Shown here in pieces: positions 16,805 to 27,069 of a stretch of 64,000 nt of DNA. Under the pieces are notes generated by a model that had not been told where the DNA came from, searched no databases, and saw only the letters and a list, made by a program, of their open reading frames with translations. Position numbers and translations under genes: made by a program. The DNA is from a virus, in IMG/VR virus record IMGVR_UViG_3300035180_002599, positions 1-64,000 of that record; one strand, written 5' to 3'. Within the stretch, counting starts at the first letter, position 1. Every line of letters starts with the position of its first letter.

Positions 16805-17280
16805 TGGGAATGTTTGATACTTTTTATGACAAAAATTTGAAATGTGTTAATGGTTGTGATTTATCAAAAACTGGATTTCAAACTAAAGTTTTTGACTGTG
16901 ATTTAGGACATTATTCAGTTGGTGAACCAGTGAATGGATCTAGCGAATTTCTAGATACATTCAAATCCACTAATAATTGCCCTCATTGTGGACAAGTCAA
17001 TGAAGTCACAGGTGTAGTATCTTCTAATGTTTTCCTTGGATTTATAGAAACTGGGGTAGAGTGTTATGATTCATTTTTTGAGACAAAGCTTCGCATAAAC
17101 GAACTTAAAGCTGAGCTTAATGCACTAAAATCACAAGCTTTTAAAACAGTAAAAATCTATGATATGATAGAAGCTGGTGAAGGTATTTCTGATTTTTATA
17201 GAACATTGTGGGATCTAGGAGAACATACCAATAATTTTATTCTTAGTCAAAATATGGAAAAATTAAAGAAACTTCTATAA
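16804..17280 (+). CDS. Hypothetical Zn-binding protein
   Basis: MGMFDT start; CxxxC, FQTKxFDC and CPHC motifs. Confidence 0.65.
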   Translation: MGMFDTFYDKNLKCVNGCDLSKTGFQTKVFDCDLGHYSVGEPVNGSSEFLDTFKSTNNCPHCGQVNEVTGVVSSNVFLGFIETGVECYDSFFETKLRINELKAELNALKSQAFKTVKIYDMIEAGEGISDFYRTLWDLGEHTNNFILSQNMEKLKKLL

Positions 17281-17459
17281 GAAAGATTATTGGAATTACA
17301 ATAATTTTAGGTAGTCTTATTTTTTTCTAAGCGACTGTTATTGAAGAAAAAATAAATGCAAATAAAGAAATTGAATTTGCTAAATCTAGATTGCAACAAC
17401 AAATTTTCAGCAATTCAGTTATTTGGTCTAAAGAATGTAATTAAAAAAATTAATATTCT

Positions 17460-17508
17460 TTTAAGATTATTCTGATATAATTATTGTATCAAAAGAAAGA
17501 CAGAAGGA
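17460..17508 (+). repeat. Dispersed promoter/RBS cassette TTTAAG..TGATATAATTATTGTATCAAAAGAAAG..AAGGA
   Basis: Near-identical copies at about 8973, 16453, 17473, 18851, 36551 and 40081; the core is an imperfect palindrome. Confidence 0.7.
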
Positions 17509-17514
17509 TTACAT

Positions 17515-17808
17515 ATGATTTTAGCAACAGGTTATGTTTATGGAAAGTATTGGGGAGGAGGCGAAAGTGCTTATAAAGCACATAATCTTTCATTTGAAAC
17601 CCGAGAAGAATTGGTAAAACATTTAAGCGAACTTAAATCATTTAATGAATTGGATTCCGGTTTGGGTTATCAAGAAGTAATTGGTGGTATTTACGCAGTC
17701 CAGGAAATAAAATATGTTGATGATTGGACAATGACAAGACAATTAGATGAGGTTACTTTTGGAAACCTCAGCGATGAACAATTTGATTTTGTTTATGATT
17801 TAATTTAA
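17515..17808 (+). CDS. Hypothetical protein
   Basis: Promoter cassette and RBS. Confidence 0.65.
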   Translation: MILATGYVYGKYWGGGESAYKAHNLSFETREELVKHLSELKSFNELDSGLGYQEVIGGIYAVQEIKYVDDWTMTRQLDEVTFGNLSDEQFDFVYDLI

Positions 17809-17818
17809 AGGAAAGATT

Positions 17819-18217
17819 ATGGCTACACGTTCACGAATTGGAATTAAACTAGAAAATGGTTATGTTCGTTCTATATACGCTCATTGGGATGGATATCCAT
17901 CCGGTAATGGTAATATTTTGTTTAATTATTACACTGATGTAACAAAAATTAACCAGCTATTGGATTTGGGTGATGTTTCTTCTTTGCAAAAAGAAATTGC
18001 CCCTCCAGAGGAACTTATTGAGTTTCATTCATTTGAAAACCCAGTTGAAAATGTAACCACATTTTATCATAGAGATAGAGGTGAGCGAGAACATCCTGCA
18101 CAAATTTCAACAGAAAAACAATTTTATGTTGATTTATCTGAAGAATATAATTATTTGTTCAAAGATGGAAAATGGTTTGTTAATGGTGAAGAATTGACTA
18201 AAGAGATGATTAAATGA
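17819..18217 (+). CDS. Conserved phage hypothetical protein
   Basis: MATRSRIG..IYAHWDGYP family motif. Confidence 0.75.
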   Translation: MATRSRIGIKLENGYVRSIYAHWDGYPSGNGNILFNYYTDVTKINQLLDLGDVSSLQKEIAPPEELIEFHSFENPVENVTTFYHRDRGEREHPAQISTEKQFYVDLSEEYNYLFKDGKWFVNGEELTKEMIK

Positions 18218-18438
18218 TACTAACTTCAGTAGGTTGCAAACCCTTAGACACCTTAAAGTCGGGCGGAAAAGTAAGAGTTAATTCATTCGATAATGATTGT
18301 TTATTAGTAGATTTAGAAACTGGGTTTGTGACCATAATCCGGGATGCTAAAATTTCTATAGGTGATACAATTATAATAACCGGAAATTTTTATATTTCAG
18401 GTTCTAGTAATCCATTTATTGGATATTTTGATATATAA
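18214..18438 (+). CDS. Hypothetical protein
   Basis: ATGA overlap with the upstream gene. Confidence 0.55.
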   Translation: MILTSVGCKPLDTLKSGGKVRVNSFDNDCLLVDLETGFVTIIRDAKISIGDTIIITGNFYISGSSNPFIGYFDI

Positions 18439-18446
18439 GGAAGAAT

Positions 18447-18836
18447 ATGTTTAAAAATATTAATGAGCTTAGAAAAGAGCTAATGTTATCTAAAAAAACA
18501 GATAAAACAAAAGCAAACGTTTTAACAATGTTACTTTCAGAAACTCTGAATATTGCAAAATCAGATAAAAACAGAGAACCTACAGAAGCCGATATCCAAA
18601 CAGCAGTAAAAAGGCTGATAAAAAAAGCTGAACAAAGTATTTCTTTTGGAGTACAATGTGCAGATCTAGAGTTAAATATTTTGAAAACTATGATTCCGGA
18701 ACAAATGTCTGAAGAAGATATTAAAACATATGTTGATAAATTTAAGGAAATTCATGGATCTAACAAAGGTTTGATTATGAAAGAGCTTAAAAACATTCCG
18801 GGAATGAATATGAGTGTAGCTTCTAAATTAATTTAA
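18447..18836 (+). CDS. GatB/YqeY domain protein
   Basis: Helical pattern ELNILKTMIPEQMSEEDI..KGLIMKELK typical of YqeY. Confidence 0.75.
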   Translation: MFKNINELRKELMLSKKTDKTKANVLTMLLSETLNIAKSDKNREPTEADIQTAVKRLIKKAEQSISFGVQCADLELNILKTMIPEQMSEEDIKTYVDKFKEIHGSNKGLIMKELKNIPGMNMSVASKLI

Positions 18837-18888
18837 TTTTAAGATTATTTTGATATAATTATTGTATCAAAAGAAAGAAGGAGTTATC

Positions 18889-19143
18889 ATGAATGAGATT
18901 TGGTCAGATACAAATAGATTTAACCAGTCAGGTTATAGCGCATCTACAATTTTCCCAAAACGGGAAAATTATTTAGATGAAACTTTATTTAATGAAGATC
19001 TTGAACTGGCAAATTTAAGAGAAGAATCACATCAGGATTGGTTAGAGGAAGAGCGTCGTGATTACCGACGTAATACCCATGATTATTTTTCAGCTTCTTG
19101 TCGTGAATATTCACGTAGCATGAGAGAAAGAACAGGGCTTTAA
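18889..19143 (+). CDS. Hypothetical protein
   Basis: ATG after AAGGAG in the promoter cassette. Confidence 0.6.
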   Translation: MNEIWSDTNRFNQSGYSASTIFPKRENYLDETLFNEDLELANLREESHQDWLEEERRDYRRNTHDYFSASCREYSRSMRERTGL

Positions 19144-19251
19144 TGTTTTTTTAAGCATTAATTTGTTATAATGCATGTACAAAAAATGAGGTGCCGGAAC
19201 GGTTGTATTAGTCAGCAGACATAAAAAAGTTAATACAGAAAAGGAAAGAAA

Positions 19252-20670
19252 ATGAACAAATTCGTTGAAGCTATGACAAACGAAACTCAAACAGAAAATG
19301 GTGCAGTTGCATTTAAAAGTTCTATGAACAAAAACGTAGACTTGTTTTTCGCAGGTGCTGTTAAAACATCAGTAGATGAAGTAAAAAATCTCATCACAAA
19401 AGCATTTTCGGAAAATCGTTTGCTTGCTTTAAAAGTAGCGTTCTATCTTCGTGATGCTCGTGAAGGACAAGGTAAACGCGATGTTATTCGGGCATTGATT
19501 AAAGTTCTTGCTCGAGAAGATTCGGCTACATTGACAAAAATTTTGCCATTCATTCCTATGATTGGACGTTGGAAAGATGTTTTTGAAGACATGAGCATTT
19601 ATAATGCAGAACAGCTTTTAATGATTAAAAAAATGATTGAAGTTGGAGCACAAGACCCATCGACTGTTCAGTTAATGGCTAAATGGATGCCTCGTAAAGG
19701 CCAAAATGCAGTAATTTTGACAAAACTTTTAGGTTTGTCACCAAAAGAATATCGTCGTTTCATCGTTGATAATTCTAACACCGTTGAGCAATTGATGTGT
19801 GCTAAACAATGGAATGATATTGATTTTGAGAAAGTACCATCCGTGGCTTCTAAAATCTATCAAAAAGCGTTCATGCGTAATTCCGAAACTTATCAATCAT
19901 ATGTAAACTCACTTGTAAAAGGTGAAGCTAAAGTAAATGCATCTGTATTGTACCCACATGATATTGTTTCAGCAGTACTGCATGATCGTGGGAATATGAG
20001 CGTCTTAGACGCTCAATGGAAAGCGTTGCCAGATTATATGAGCGGTGCTGAGCGTTACAATGTATTGCCAGTAATTGATACATCTGGATCTATGTGTTCG
20101 ATTGCTTATGGAAATACTACATGTATGGATATTTCTGTAGGTTTAGGTGTGTATCTTTCACAACGAAACCGTGGCGCATTTAAAGATATGTGGTGTAATT
20201 TCGATTCAACCCCAACTTTTTATACACTAAAAAGTGGAACAATTGAACAAGTTGTAAAGGGATTGGATTATAGTAACTGGGGCGGATCAACAGATCTAAA
20301 TGCAGTTTTCTATAAATTACTTAACACTGCATTGCAAAATAATGTACCATCTGAGGACATGCCAAAAATTATTCTTATCATCTCTGATATGGAATTCAAT
20401 TTATGTGGACGTCTTAGCAACTATGAGAAAATCAAAGTGCAGTACCGTGAGGCTGGATATGAATGTCCAGCAATTGTATTTTGGAATGTACAATCTCGAA
20501 ATAATACAACACCAGTTCGCTTCAATGAAAAAGGTGTGGCACTGATTGGTGGTTATTCACCAGTCATCATGCAACAAATCTTGAAAGGTGGATTGAAAGA
20601 TCTTACACCTGAGGGAATTATGTTACAAACGGTTTCCGATAAATATAATTACCTTAACGGTCTTGTATAA
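19252..20670 (+). CDS. TROVE/Ro60-related protein with vWA domain (DUF2828-like)
   Basis: TENGA, YLRDAREGQGKR, GRWKD and AKWMPR motifs; vWA MIDAS VIDTSGSM, WGGSTD, ISDMEF, IVFWN. Confidence 0.8.
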   Translation: MNKFVEAMTNETQTENGAVAFKSSMNKNVDLFFAGAVKTSVDEVKNLITKAFSENRLLALKVAFYLRDAREGQGKRDVIRALIKVLAREDSATLTKILPFIPMIGRWKDVFEDMSIYNAEQLLMIKKMIEVGAQDPSTVQLMAKWMPRKGQNAVILTKLLGLSPKEYRRFIVDNSNTVEQLMCAKQWNDIDFEKVPSVASKIYQKAFMRNSETYQSYVNSLVKGEAKVNASVLYPHDIVSAVLHDRGNMSVLDAQWKALPDYMSGAERYNVLPVIDTSGSMCSIAYGNTTCMDISVGLGVYLSQRNRGAFKDMWCNFDSTPTFYTLKSGTIEQVVKGLDYSNWGGSTDLNAVFYKLLNTALQNNVPSEDMPKIILIISDMEFNLCGRLSNYEKIKVQYREAGYECPAIVFWNVQSRNNTTPVRFNEKGVALIGGYSPVIMQQILKGGLKDLTPEGIMLQTVSDKYNYLNGLV

Positions 20671-20693
20671 TAACGGATTTAGTCCGTTAGTTT
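20671..20693 (+). terminator. Hairpin after the Ro60-like gene
   Basis: TAACGGA-tttag-TCCGTTA followed by GTTT. Confidence 0.45.
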
Positions 20694-20880
20694 AAAAATC
20701 ATTCGTTAGCTGCGTTAAAGCTAGATGTCGAATCAGCTTAAAAAATTGACGTTGGATGCAATGTGTTCTTTAAAAATTATTTCTGAATGAAATATTACAG
20801 CAACCAAAAAATATGAAAATAAGCTTAAGAAGCTAACCTTTTAGGGACACCTAATAATTCAGGGATTTTTAATGATTTTT
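20694..20880 (+). ncRNA. Candidate structured RNA downstream of the Ro60-like gene
   Basis: Closing stem AAAAATCATT/AATGATTTTT; internal hairpins with CAGC+A-run loops. Confidence 0.45.
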
Positions 20881-20902
20881 GCCCTGAATGATAAATAAAC
20901 AC

Positions 20903-21166
20903 ATGAAAATATTATTTCTTTTAATCACTCTAATTTTTATATGTCATAGCGACGAGCAATTAATAGAATCAATATCAGAGTCTAAGCTTAATTATCGAAT
21001 TGAAACAAAAAATAATACTATAACAGCTTCTTCTAGATATAAATTTTTTGAATACGATAATTCCTCCCTTAATTTCATTTATTTTTATAGAACCAAAATT
21101 GATGGTAATACTTTAGAAAGACGAACCACGGATGGATACAAGCTACTATTTCAATATAAATTTTAA
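20903..21166 (+). CDS. Small secreted or membrane hypothetical protein
   Basis: Hydrophobic N-terminus. Confidence 0.5.
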   Translation: MKILFLLITLIFICHSDEQLIESISESKLNYRIETKNNTITASSRYKFFEYDNSSLNFIYFYRTKIDGNTLERRTTDGYKLLFQYKF

Positions 21167-21193
21167 TAAATAAAAATAAATTAAGGATAATTA

Positions 21194-22024
21194 ATGCATT
21201 ATAAAGATTTTTTATTTGAGAATTTAAATGAATATAGTCAAGAACGCTCTCAAGTCATTAAAATAGAAGAAGTTGTTAAATTAATAAAGACTGATTATTC
21301 AGAAGCTTGGAATAAATTAAATGAAGGTATTGTTCTTTACAGAGGAACTGAAAATAATTCTGATTTTATTATTACAGACCCCTCAATAGGTATTAGAAAT
21401 TCGGCAAACACTTTTAATTATTATACAGCTATTATAGATAATTCTAAGAGATGGAAAGGTTATCCTAAAAGATCTAAATCGGTTATATGCAGCACTTCAA
21501 TATCATATGCTGGAGGTTATGGTTCTGTTTTTTATGTGTTGCCAAAAAACGGATCTAATATAGGAGTAGCTCATGAAAGAGATTTTTGGGAATCATTTCC
21601 TATATTAACCCAACGTTTAGTTAAATTTGGATTCCGAGCTAAAACCTTACGAGGATTGAATTTAATAATAAATGCTCTTATATCTATAGCAGTTCCTAAT
21701 ATTAATCCTGATATTAAAGAATTTTCTACATTAGCTAAAACCTTAAAAGAAGTTGATGAGTATTTGAACAAAAAAGAATATTTGGAAGACGAAAACATAG
21801 ATCAAGAAATGTTGAAGAATTACATGGAGTTCTTAAATGTACACTCAGATGATAAAATTAACTGTTTAGAAGATATTGACAGTATATTAAATCCAGAAGA
21901 TAATAATTTCAAAAAATTCAAGCTAAGTGATTTCTCTATTAAAGGCGATCATGAGGTTTGGACAGACGGAAAATGTTTAATGATTAATGTTGATAAATTA
22001 GATTCATTAGGTGAATTATTATGA
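21194..22024 (+). CDS. Putative internal virion protein, ART-like paralog
   Basis: MHYKDFLFE N-terminus; LYRG, YPKRSKSVICSTS and HEVWTD motifs. Confidence 0.55.
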   Translation: MHYKDFLFENLNEYSQERSQVIKIEEVVKLIKTDYSEAWNKLNEGIVLYRGTENNSDFIITDPSIGIRNSANTFNYYTAIIDNSKRWKGYPKRSKSVICSTSISYAGGYGSVFYVLPKNGSNIGVAHERDFWESFPILTQRLVKFGFRAKTLRGLNLIINALISIAVPNINPDIKEFSTLAKTLKEVDEYLNKKEYLEDENIDQEMLKNYMEFLNVHSDDKINCLEDIDSILNPEDNNFKKFKLSDFSIKGDHEVWTDGKCLMINVDKLDSLGELL

Positions 22025-22845
22025 GATTCTCTATTTTTTTACAAGAAAAACATGAAGGAACGAATAGAACAAAAGCTATCACTAAAAAGAAGTTAAAAGA
22101 ATTATTATCAGAATATAATGAAGATGAATTGCGAAATATTCTTGGTTCATCCGATAAATTTAATAAATTCTATAGAGGGGATAAGTTAAATAAATCTATA
22201 GGGTTCATTAGTCCTAAATTATCGAGAAGATTCTCTCCTTATGCTGCAAATAACTTTTATAATCTTTACTTATCTAATTCTAATGATTGGTCTGCATATC
22301 CTAAGCGTGAATATTCTGTAATTGGAAGTACAGGTTATGGCAAAGCATCTTCATATGCGGTTAATGAGCCTTTTATTTTGATACCTATTAAGAAAAATGC
22401 AAAAATAGGAATAGCCCCGGCTGATGATATATGGGATTCTTTCTTAAAAAAATTAGGTGATCTAAATAAAATAAACAAAATGGTAGGTAGAGCAGCTTCT
22501 ATTATTAATAAAAATTATTCTGGCTGGGATGAAAATTGGGAAAAAACTTTAGACATATTGAAATCTTTCAATAAAGATGCATTAAAGGGACTTGGATCTG
22601 GACAAATTGATAGCTTATTTGAAGATTTTCCGATGCTTAAAATGTTGATGAAGAGATATGATTCATTATACGATGCCTTAGAAGATAGAATGTCTCCAAA
22701 AGATAATGGGTTTTCAGTAGTAACTTTTGATAAATTCCTTACTGGTTCATATGGAAATAAAGAGGTCTGGACTGATGAGGATTGCGTTATGATAAAAGTT
22801 ACGGATTCTATAGATATCTTATATGAATTAACTAAAGGAAAGTAA
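22021..22845 (+). CDS. Putative internal virion protein, ART-like paralog
   Basis: MRFSIFLQE N-terminus; FYRG, YPKREYSVIGST and KEVWTD motifs. Confidence 0.55.
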   Translation: MRFSIFLQEKHEGTNRTKAITKKKLKELLSEYNEDELRNILGSSDKFNKFYRGDKLNKSIGFISPKLSRRFSPYAANNFYNLYLSNSNDWSAYPKREYSVIGSTGYGKASSYAVNEPFILIPIKKNAKIGIAPADDIWDSFLKKLGDLNKINKMVGRAASIINKNYSGWDENWEKTLDILKSFNKDALKGLGSGQIDSLFEDFPMLKMLMKRYDSLYDALEDRMSPKDNGFSVVTFDKFLTGSYGNKEVWTDEDCVMIKVTDSIDILYELTKGK

Positions 22846-22847
22846 TA

Positions 22848-23579
22848 ATGACATTTAAGAAATTAATAGAAAGCATAGAAGACAAAGGAATACTTAAAGC
22901 TGTATTTATGGTTGCAGGACCTGGATCTGGAAAGACATTTATAGGTAAACAACTATTTGGGGAAATTCAGCCTAAAATTATTAATACTGATACCTATACA
23001 AGAGATTACTTCGGAATAGCTAAAGAAGCGTGGGATATTTTCTCTACTGAAACACCTAAATCAATTGTAGACAGATCTAAGCAATTGACTAAAGATCAAT
23101 TGTTTCTAAATATTAATTCAATGCTTCCTTTATTGATTGATAGTACAAGTTCTAACACTACATCATTATTCAAACGTGATGGTATTTTAAAATCTTTAGG
23201 GTATGAAACCGCAATGGTTTTTATTAAAGTTTCATTAGAAACTGCTATTCGTAGAAATGAAGAAAGAATAAAAAATGGAGAAGGCGGAGTATCAGAAGAA
23301 TTTCTTAAAGAAACTTATGGTAAAATTTCTGAAATTGAAGATTTTTATAAAGATAATTTTAAGAACTTTTATGTTATAATTAATGAGGATGATAACGCAT
23401 TTGATATATACTTACAAAAAAGATTTAAAGAGATTCAACGTTTTTATAACACACCAACTAGGAATCCAATAGGTATTAATGTGTTGAAAAAATTGAAAGA
23501 ATCCAAGGGTAAGTATATAACAGATAGTGAATTGTTTCCAAAAGACAGAGTAAAACAGATAATAGACGGATGGTATTAA
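22848..23579 (+). CDS. P-loop kinase (zeta-toxin / AAA_33-like)
   Basis: Walker A AGPGSGKT, INTD, LLIDST, lid AIRRNEER. Confidence 0.75.
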   Translation: MTFKKLIESIEDKGILKAVFMVAGPGSGKTFIGKQLFGEIQPKIINTDTYTRDYFGIAKEAWDIFSTETPKSIVDRSKQLTKDQLFLNINSMLPLLIDSTSSNTTSLFKRDGILKSLGYETAMVFIKVSLETAIRRNEERIKNGEGGVSEEFLKETYGKISEIEDFYKDNFKNFYVIINEDDNAFDIYLQKRFKEIQRFYNTPTRNPIGINVLKKLKESKGKYITDSELFPKDRVKQIIDGWY

Positions 23580-23580
23580 G

Positions 23581-24111
23581 ATGATTGAAAATAAAGAAGA
23601 TTTAGAAATTGAGTTCAAAAAATGCTCTGAATTATTAATCTCAAATAACATTAATGAAATGTTAGAGAAAATAATAGAAATTTCGGAATCTCCTTTTAGT
23701 AAAGGCACTAGTGATTTCAAACTATTTGTAATAGATATTCTTTGGAATAAGCCGTTTTTAATGCTAATGTTAGTACACGCTTGGAATAAAAAACATCCAG
23801 GAAAAATGATTCCGAATTCAATAAGACGAGCGTTTAAATATCTGTTAGAATCTCATTTTTCGTATGATGAGTTAAATGATCTTGGAGTTTTTAATGGAAT
23901 ATCTATTAAAAATATAATTAAGATATCTAGACCGAAACCTTATCCAATGAAATTAGATATTGTAAAAGCTAGAGAATTTTATGATAAAGGTATAACCATT
24001 TATAAATCTGATATGCTATTCAATAAGCATATCTTAAATATTGAATTTGAAGAATTGGGAACAGGAACATTTTATCACTTTGAATGTTTTGTCATGTTAT
24101 TAGAAAAATAG
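23581..24111 (+). CDS. Hypothetical protein resembling part of a TROVE domain
   Basis: IPNSIRRAF..FSYDEL..IKNIIKISRPKP resembles the Ro60 segment PxSLKKG..FDEYQL..LRDLLRLxHPKP. Confidence 0.45.
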   Translation: MIENKEDLEIEFKKCSELLISNNINEMLEKIIEISESPFSKGTSDFKLFVIDILWNKPFLMLMLVHAWNKKHPGKMIPNSIRRAFKYLLESHFSYDELNDLGVFNGISIKNIIKISRPKPYPMKLDIVKAREFYDKGITIYKSDMLFNKHILNIEFEELGTGTFYHFECFVMLLEK

Positions 24112-24121
24112 AAGGATATAC

Positions 24122-24946
24122 ATGGGCGGAAATGCTATTAAATGTAGTTCTAGAATAAATCAAGAAAACATTGAAGAAACTATAATAGAAATAAAGAAAA
24201 TGTTATATGATTTAGATATCAATGAGAACAATATTGCAGTTTTGGGGTCAGCTAGTAAAAAACTTCCAGGAGAAACATCTGGAGATATTGACATAGCTAT
24301 CAATATAAATGCTCTACCAGTAAATAGTTATGATTATTTGATTGATTATATGTCTAAAAAAGTTATTGAATATAAAGATATGAGATCCATGGGTATTATA
24401 TCTATAGCATTTCCTATAAAAAACATTGATTTAAGACAAATTAATAAATTTGTCCAAGTAGATTTTATGTTGGTTGATTCTATAGAATGGGCTTCATGGG
24501 CTTTTTATTCACCGTCTAGTAAAGAAAGCCCGTGGAAGGGTTTATATAGAAACGAAATACTTTATTCTATAGCTAAGCATATGAATTTTGAATTTTTAGA
24601 TTTTATTGATTCTTTACCAGTTTCTTGGAAAAGAAATTTTTTTGATCTTAGCAAAGGTTTGTTAACTGGAACCCAAACTATAAAAGGTAAAAAATCAATA
24701 TTAAAAACAGCTAAGACATTAGAAAAAACATTAATAAGTAAAGATCCAGATGAAGTTGTTAAAATGATGTTTAATGAAGATTTGTGTAAAGATGATGTGT
24801 TGACGTGGGAAAGTACATTTAAACATTTAATTTCAGATGATTTTAAATATAAGAATAACTTATTAAACATTTTAAAAATGACTAAAGAAGGTATAACTAG
24901 AAAAGGTTATCCAGTTCCTATTGAACTGGATCAATTTTTTACATAA
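24122..24946 (+). CDS. Pol-beta-superfamily nucleotidyltransferase
   Basis: MGGNA start; LGS..SGDIDIA and VQVDFM motifs. Confidence 0.7.
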   Translation: MGGNAIKCSSRINQENIEETIIEIKKMLYDLDINENNIAVLGSASKKLPGETSGDIDIAININALPVNSYDYLIDYMSKKVIEYKDMRSMGIISIAFPIKNIDLRQINKFVQVDFMLVDSIEWASWAFYSPSSKESPWKGLYRNEILYSIAKHMNFEFLDFIDSLPVSWKRNFFDLSKGLLTGTQTIKGKKSILKTAKTLEKTLISKDPDEVVKMMFNEDLCKDDVLTWESTFKHLISDDFKYKNNLLNILKMTKEGITRKGYPVPIELDQFFT

Positions 24947-25398
24947 TCAGAGAATGTTTTTGGTGAGTTGTCTTGAATAGATCTAGTTTCTTTAGCTAAT
25001 GGGGCCAAATCATCAAAATGTTCTATCTCATCATTCATAATTTCGGTAAAAAAAGCTTCGGTTTCAACATCATCATTAGAACGAGCAAGTAACACAATTG
25101 ATCTATAATCATTGATAGCAGTTTGTTCTAAGTTTTGAGTAAAATCAAGAATTTCTTTATCGGTATCTGGATAATCGTTTGTATATTCCGTCAATTCAAT
25201 TACAGGATCTAATCCATGATTGATACAGAATGATATAATTTCATTAAAATGTTCAAATTCATCTTTTGAATGATCTATCAATTCTTCAGCAATTTTTGAG
25301 TTTGTTGCATATTCAGACATGGCCTTATATACTATACTGGTGCTAATTTCATCATTTAATACTTTAGCTAACATTTTTTCTAGTTGTTCTTTATACAT
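24931..25398 (-). CDS. Ferritin-like di-iron protein
   Basis: Two E..ExxH motifs (DEFEH, DEIEH). Confidence 0.8.
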   Translation of the reverse strand: MYKEQLEKMLAKVLNDEISTSIVYKAMSEYATNSKIAEELIDHSKDEFEHFNEIISFCINHGLDPVIELTEYTNDYPDTDKEILDFTQNLEQTAINDYRSIVLLARSNDDVETEAFFTEIMNDEIEHFDDLAPLAKETRSIQDNSPKTFSDYVKN

Positions 25399-25449
25399 AG
25401 AAACTCCAATAAATAATTTACATTATTTATATAAATAAAAGGAAAGTTA

Positions 25450-27069
25450 ATGACTCATTTATATCAAGAAGTATCAAAAAAAGGGACAGAATTCTTAAAC
25501 ACCATCTTTAATAAAGAAATAACGATTACTGAAAAGTTAGATGGTACTGCATTAATATGTAAACGAACCAAATCTGGCATAATTTTCTTTGGTAGAGATG
25601 GAACTAAGAAAATAGATAAAGTAGCTAGAATGTTTAGCACCATGTATGAAGCAGGAATTGAATATTTAAAAACTAAAGATTTATCATTTCTTAGATTAAA
25701 TGAAGAATTACATTTTGAATATTTTGCTCCTAAAGTTACTCATATAGTTTCATATGATAACATTCCGGAAAATGGTTTAGTATTGCTTGCTAGTACAACT
25801 AAACGTAATTTGAATATGATAGCATATGATTTAGGGGTATTGCCTCCTCCAATAATATTCAAAGGAAAATTGAATGATGAACAGAAAGATGAGCTAACTA
25901 AATTTTTGATTATGAGTCCAGAGCTTAGACAAATAAAATTCAAAACTAATTCATTTACTTCTTTTATTGTTAGTTTATTGAATGATAATTATACACCAGC
26001 ATTGGGTAGCAATGACATAGAAGGCATAGTAATAAGCACTCAAGATGGTACTTTTGTTTCAAAAATAATAGATCCATTATTCACAGATACCGTAATGTCT
26101 AAGAAAGATAATGATGAAGTAAAGGCGGAATATTATAAAGACATATCTCGTTTAGTAACTAATTTGGAAATGACTGGAGTTGAAACATATGATTCTCCAG
26201 AAGCAAATATTGAGGACAGATATATTGACTTTTTGATGAATATCATCATAAACAATATTAGTTCTATAATGGATAAAAAACAAGAGTTTGCTAAATATGA
26301 TTTTGGAAAACCTTATATAGCTTCTTATACTGATTTTAATTACAATGTTTTTCCTAAAGTCGTATCCGACATTATGAAAGATAATCCATGGTTTAGAGAT
26401 TTTGCTAGATTGACATTTAACACTTATGTTAAACCTAAAAATCGAGCTACGAAAAATTTTAGCAAAGATGATATTCAAATAATTAATAGAAAAATAGAGC
26501 TAATTAAAAAATATGTTCTATTAGATGATGATTTAGATGATGTAGTTGAATCTGTTATAGATGAACCTTTAGAAGTTTATGGGGTAATGTTTGGAAGATT
26601 TCAGCCATTAACTAATGGACATTTGAAAGGTATTGTGCAAATGTCCGAACAAGCAGACAAAGGATGTATTTACTTAGTAAAAGGTGAAAAAACATCCAGT
26701 GATAAAGATAAAAATCCTTTTGATGAAGAAATTCAAATCAAAATGCTAGAAGCGGTTGTTCCTAAAAATATTGAAGTAAAAGTTATAAACGCTGCATTTT
26801 TTCCAGATGTTATTAATGAAATGGATTACAATAATTATTTAGTTTTTTGTGGGTCTGATAGATACACGTCTTATTCTAAAATGTTATCTTATGTTGATGA
26901 AGGTAAAACTGTAGAGATTATTGAAATAAATAGAGATGAAAGCGAAGATGTTTCTGCAACTAAAGTAAGAGCTGCTTTAAAGAATGAGGACAAAGAACTT
27001 TTTGAACAAATGACTCCTAAAGAAATTCACAATTTTTATGAAGAATTGTTAACGTATATTGGTGAATAA
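25450..27069 (+). CDS. Fusion of an ATP-dependent ligase-like nucleotidyltransferase domain and a cytidylyltransferase-like (HxGH) domain
   Basis: TEKLDG, FEY, EGIV and SKII ligase motifs; C-terminal FGRFQPLTNGH, KNPF, GSDR and SATKVR. Confidence 0.7.
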   Translation: MTHLYQEVSKKGTEFLNTIFNKEITITEKLDGTALICKRTKSGIIFFGRDGTKKIDKVARMFSTMYEAGIEYLKTKDLSFLRLNEELHFEYFAPKVTHIVSYDNIPENGLVLLASTTKRNLNMIAYDLGVLPPPIIFKGKLNDEQKDELTKFLIMSPELRQIKFKTNSFTSFIVSLLNDNYTPALGSNDIEGIVISTQDGTFVSKIIDPLFTDTVMSKKDNDEVKAEYYKDISRLVTNLEMTGVETYDSPEANIEDRYIDFLMNIIINNISSIMDKKQEFAKYDFGKPYIASYTDFNYNVFPKVVSDIMKDNPWFRDFARLTFNTYVKPKNRATKNFSKDDIQIINRKIELIKKYVLLDDDLDDVVESVIDEPLEVYGVMFGRFQPLTNGHLKGIVQMSEQADKGCIYLVKGEKTSSDKDKNPFDEEIQIKMLEAVVPKNIEVKVINAAFFPDVINEMDYNNYLVFCGSDRYTSYSKMLSYVDEGKTVEIIEINRDESEDVSATKVRAALKNEDKELFEQMTPKEIHNFYEELLTYIGE

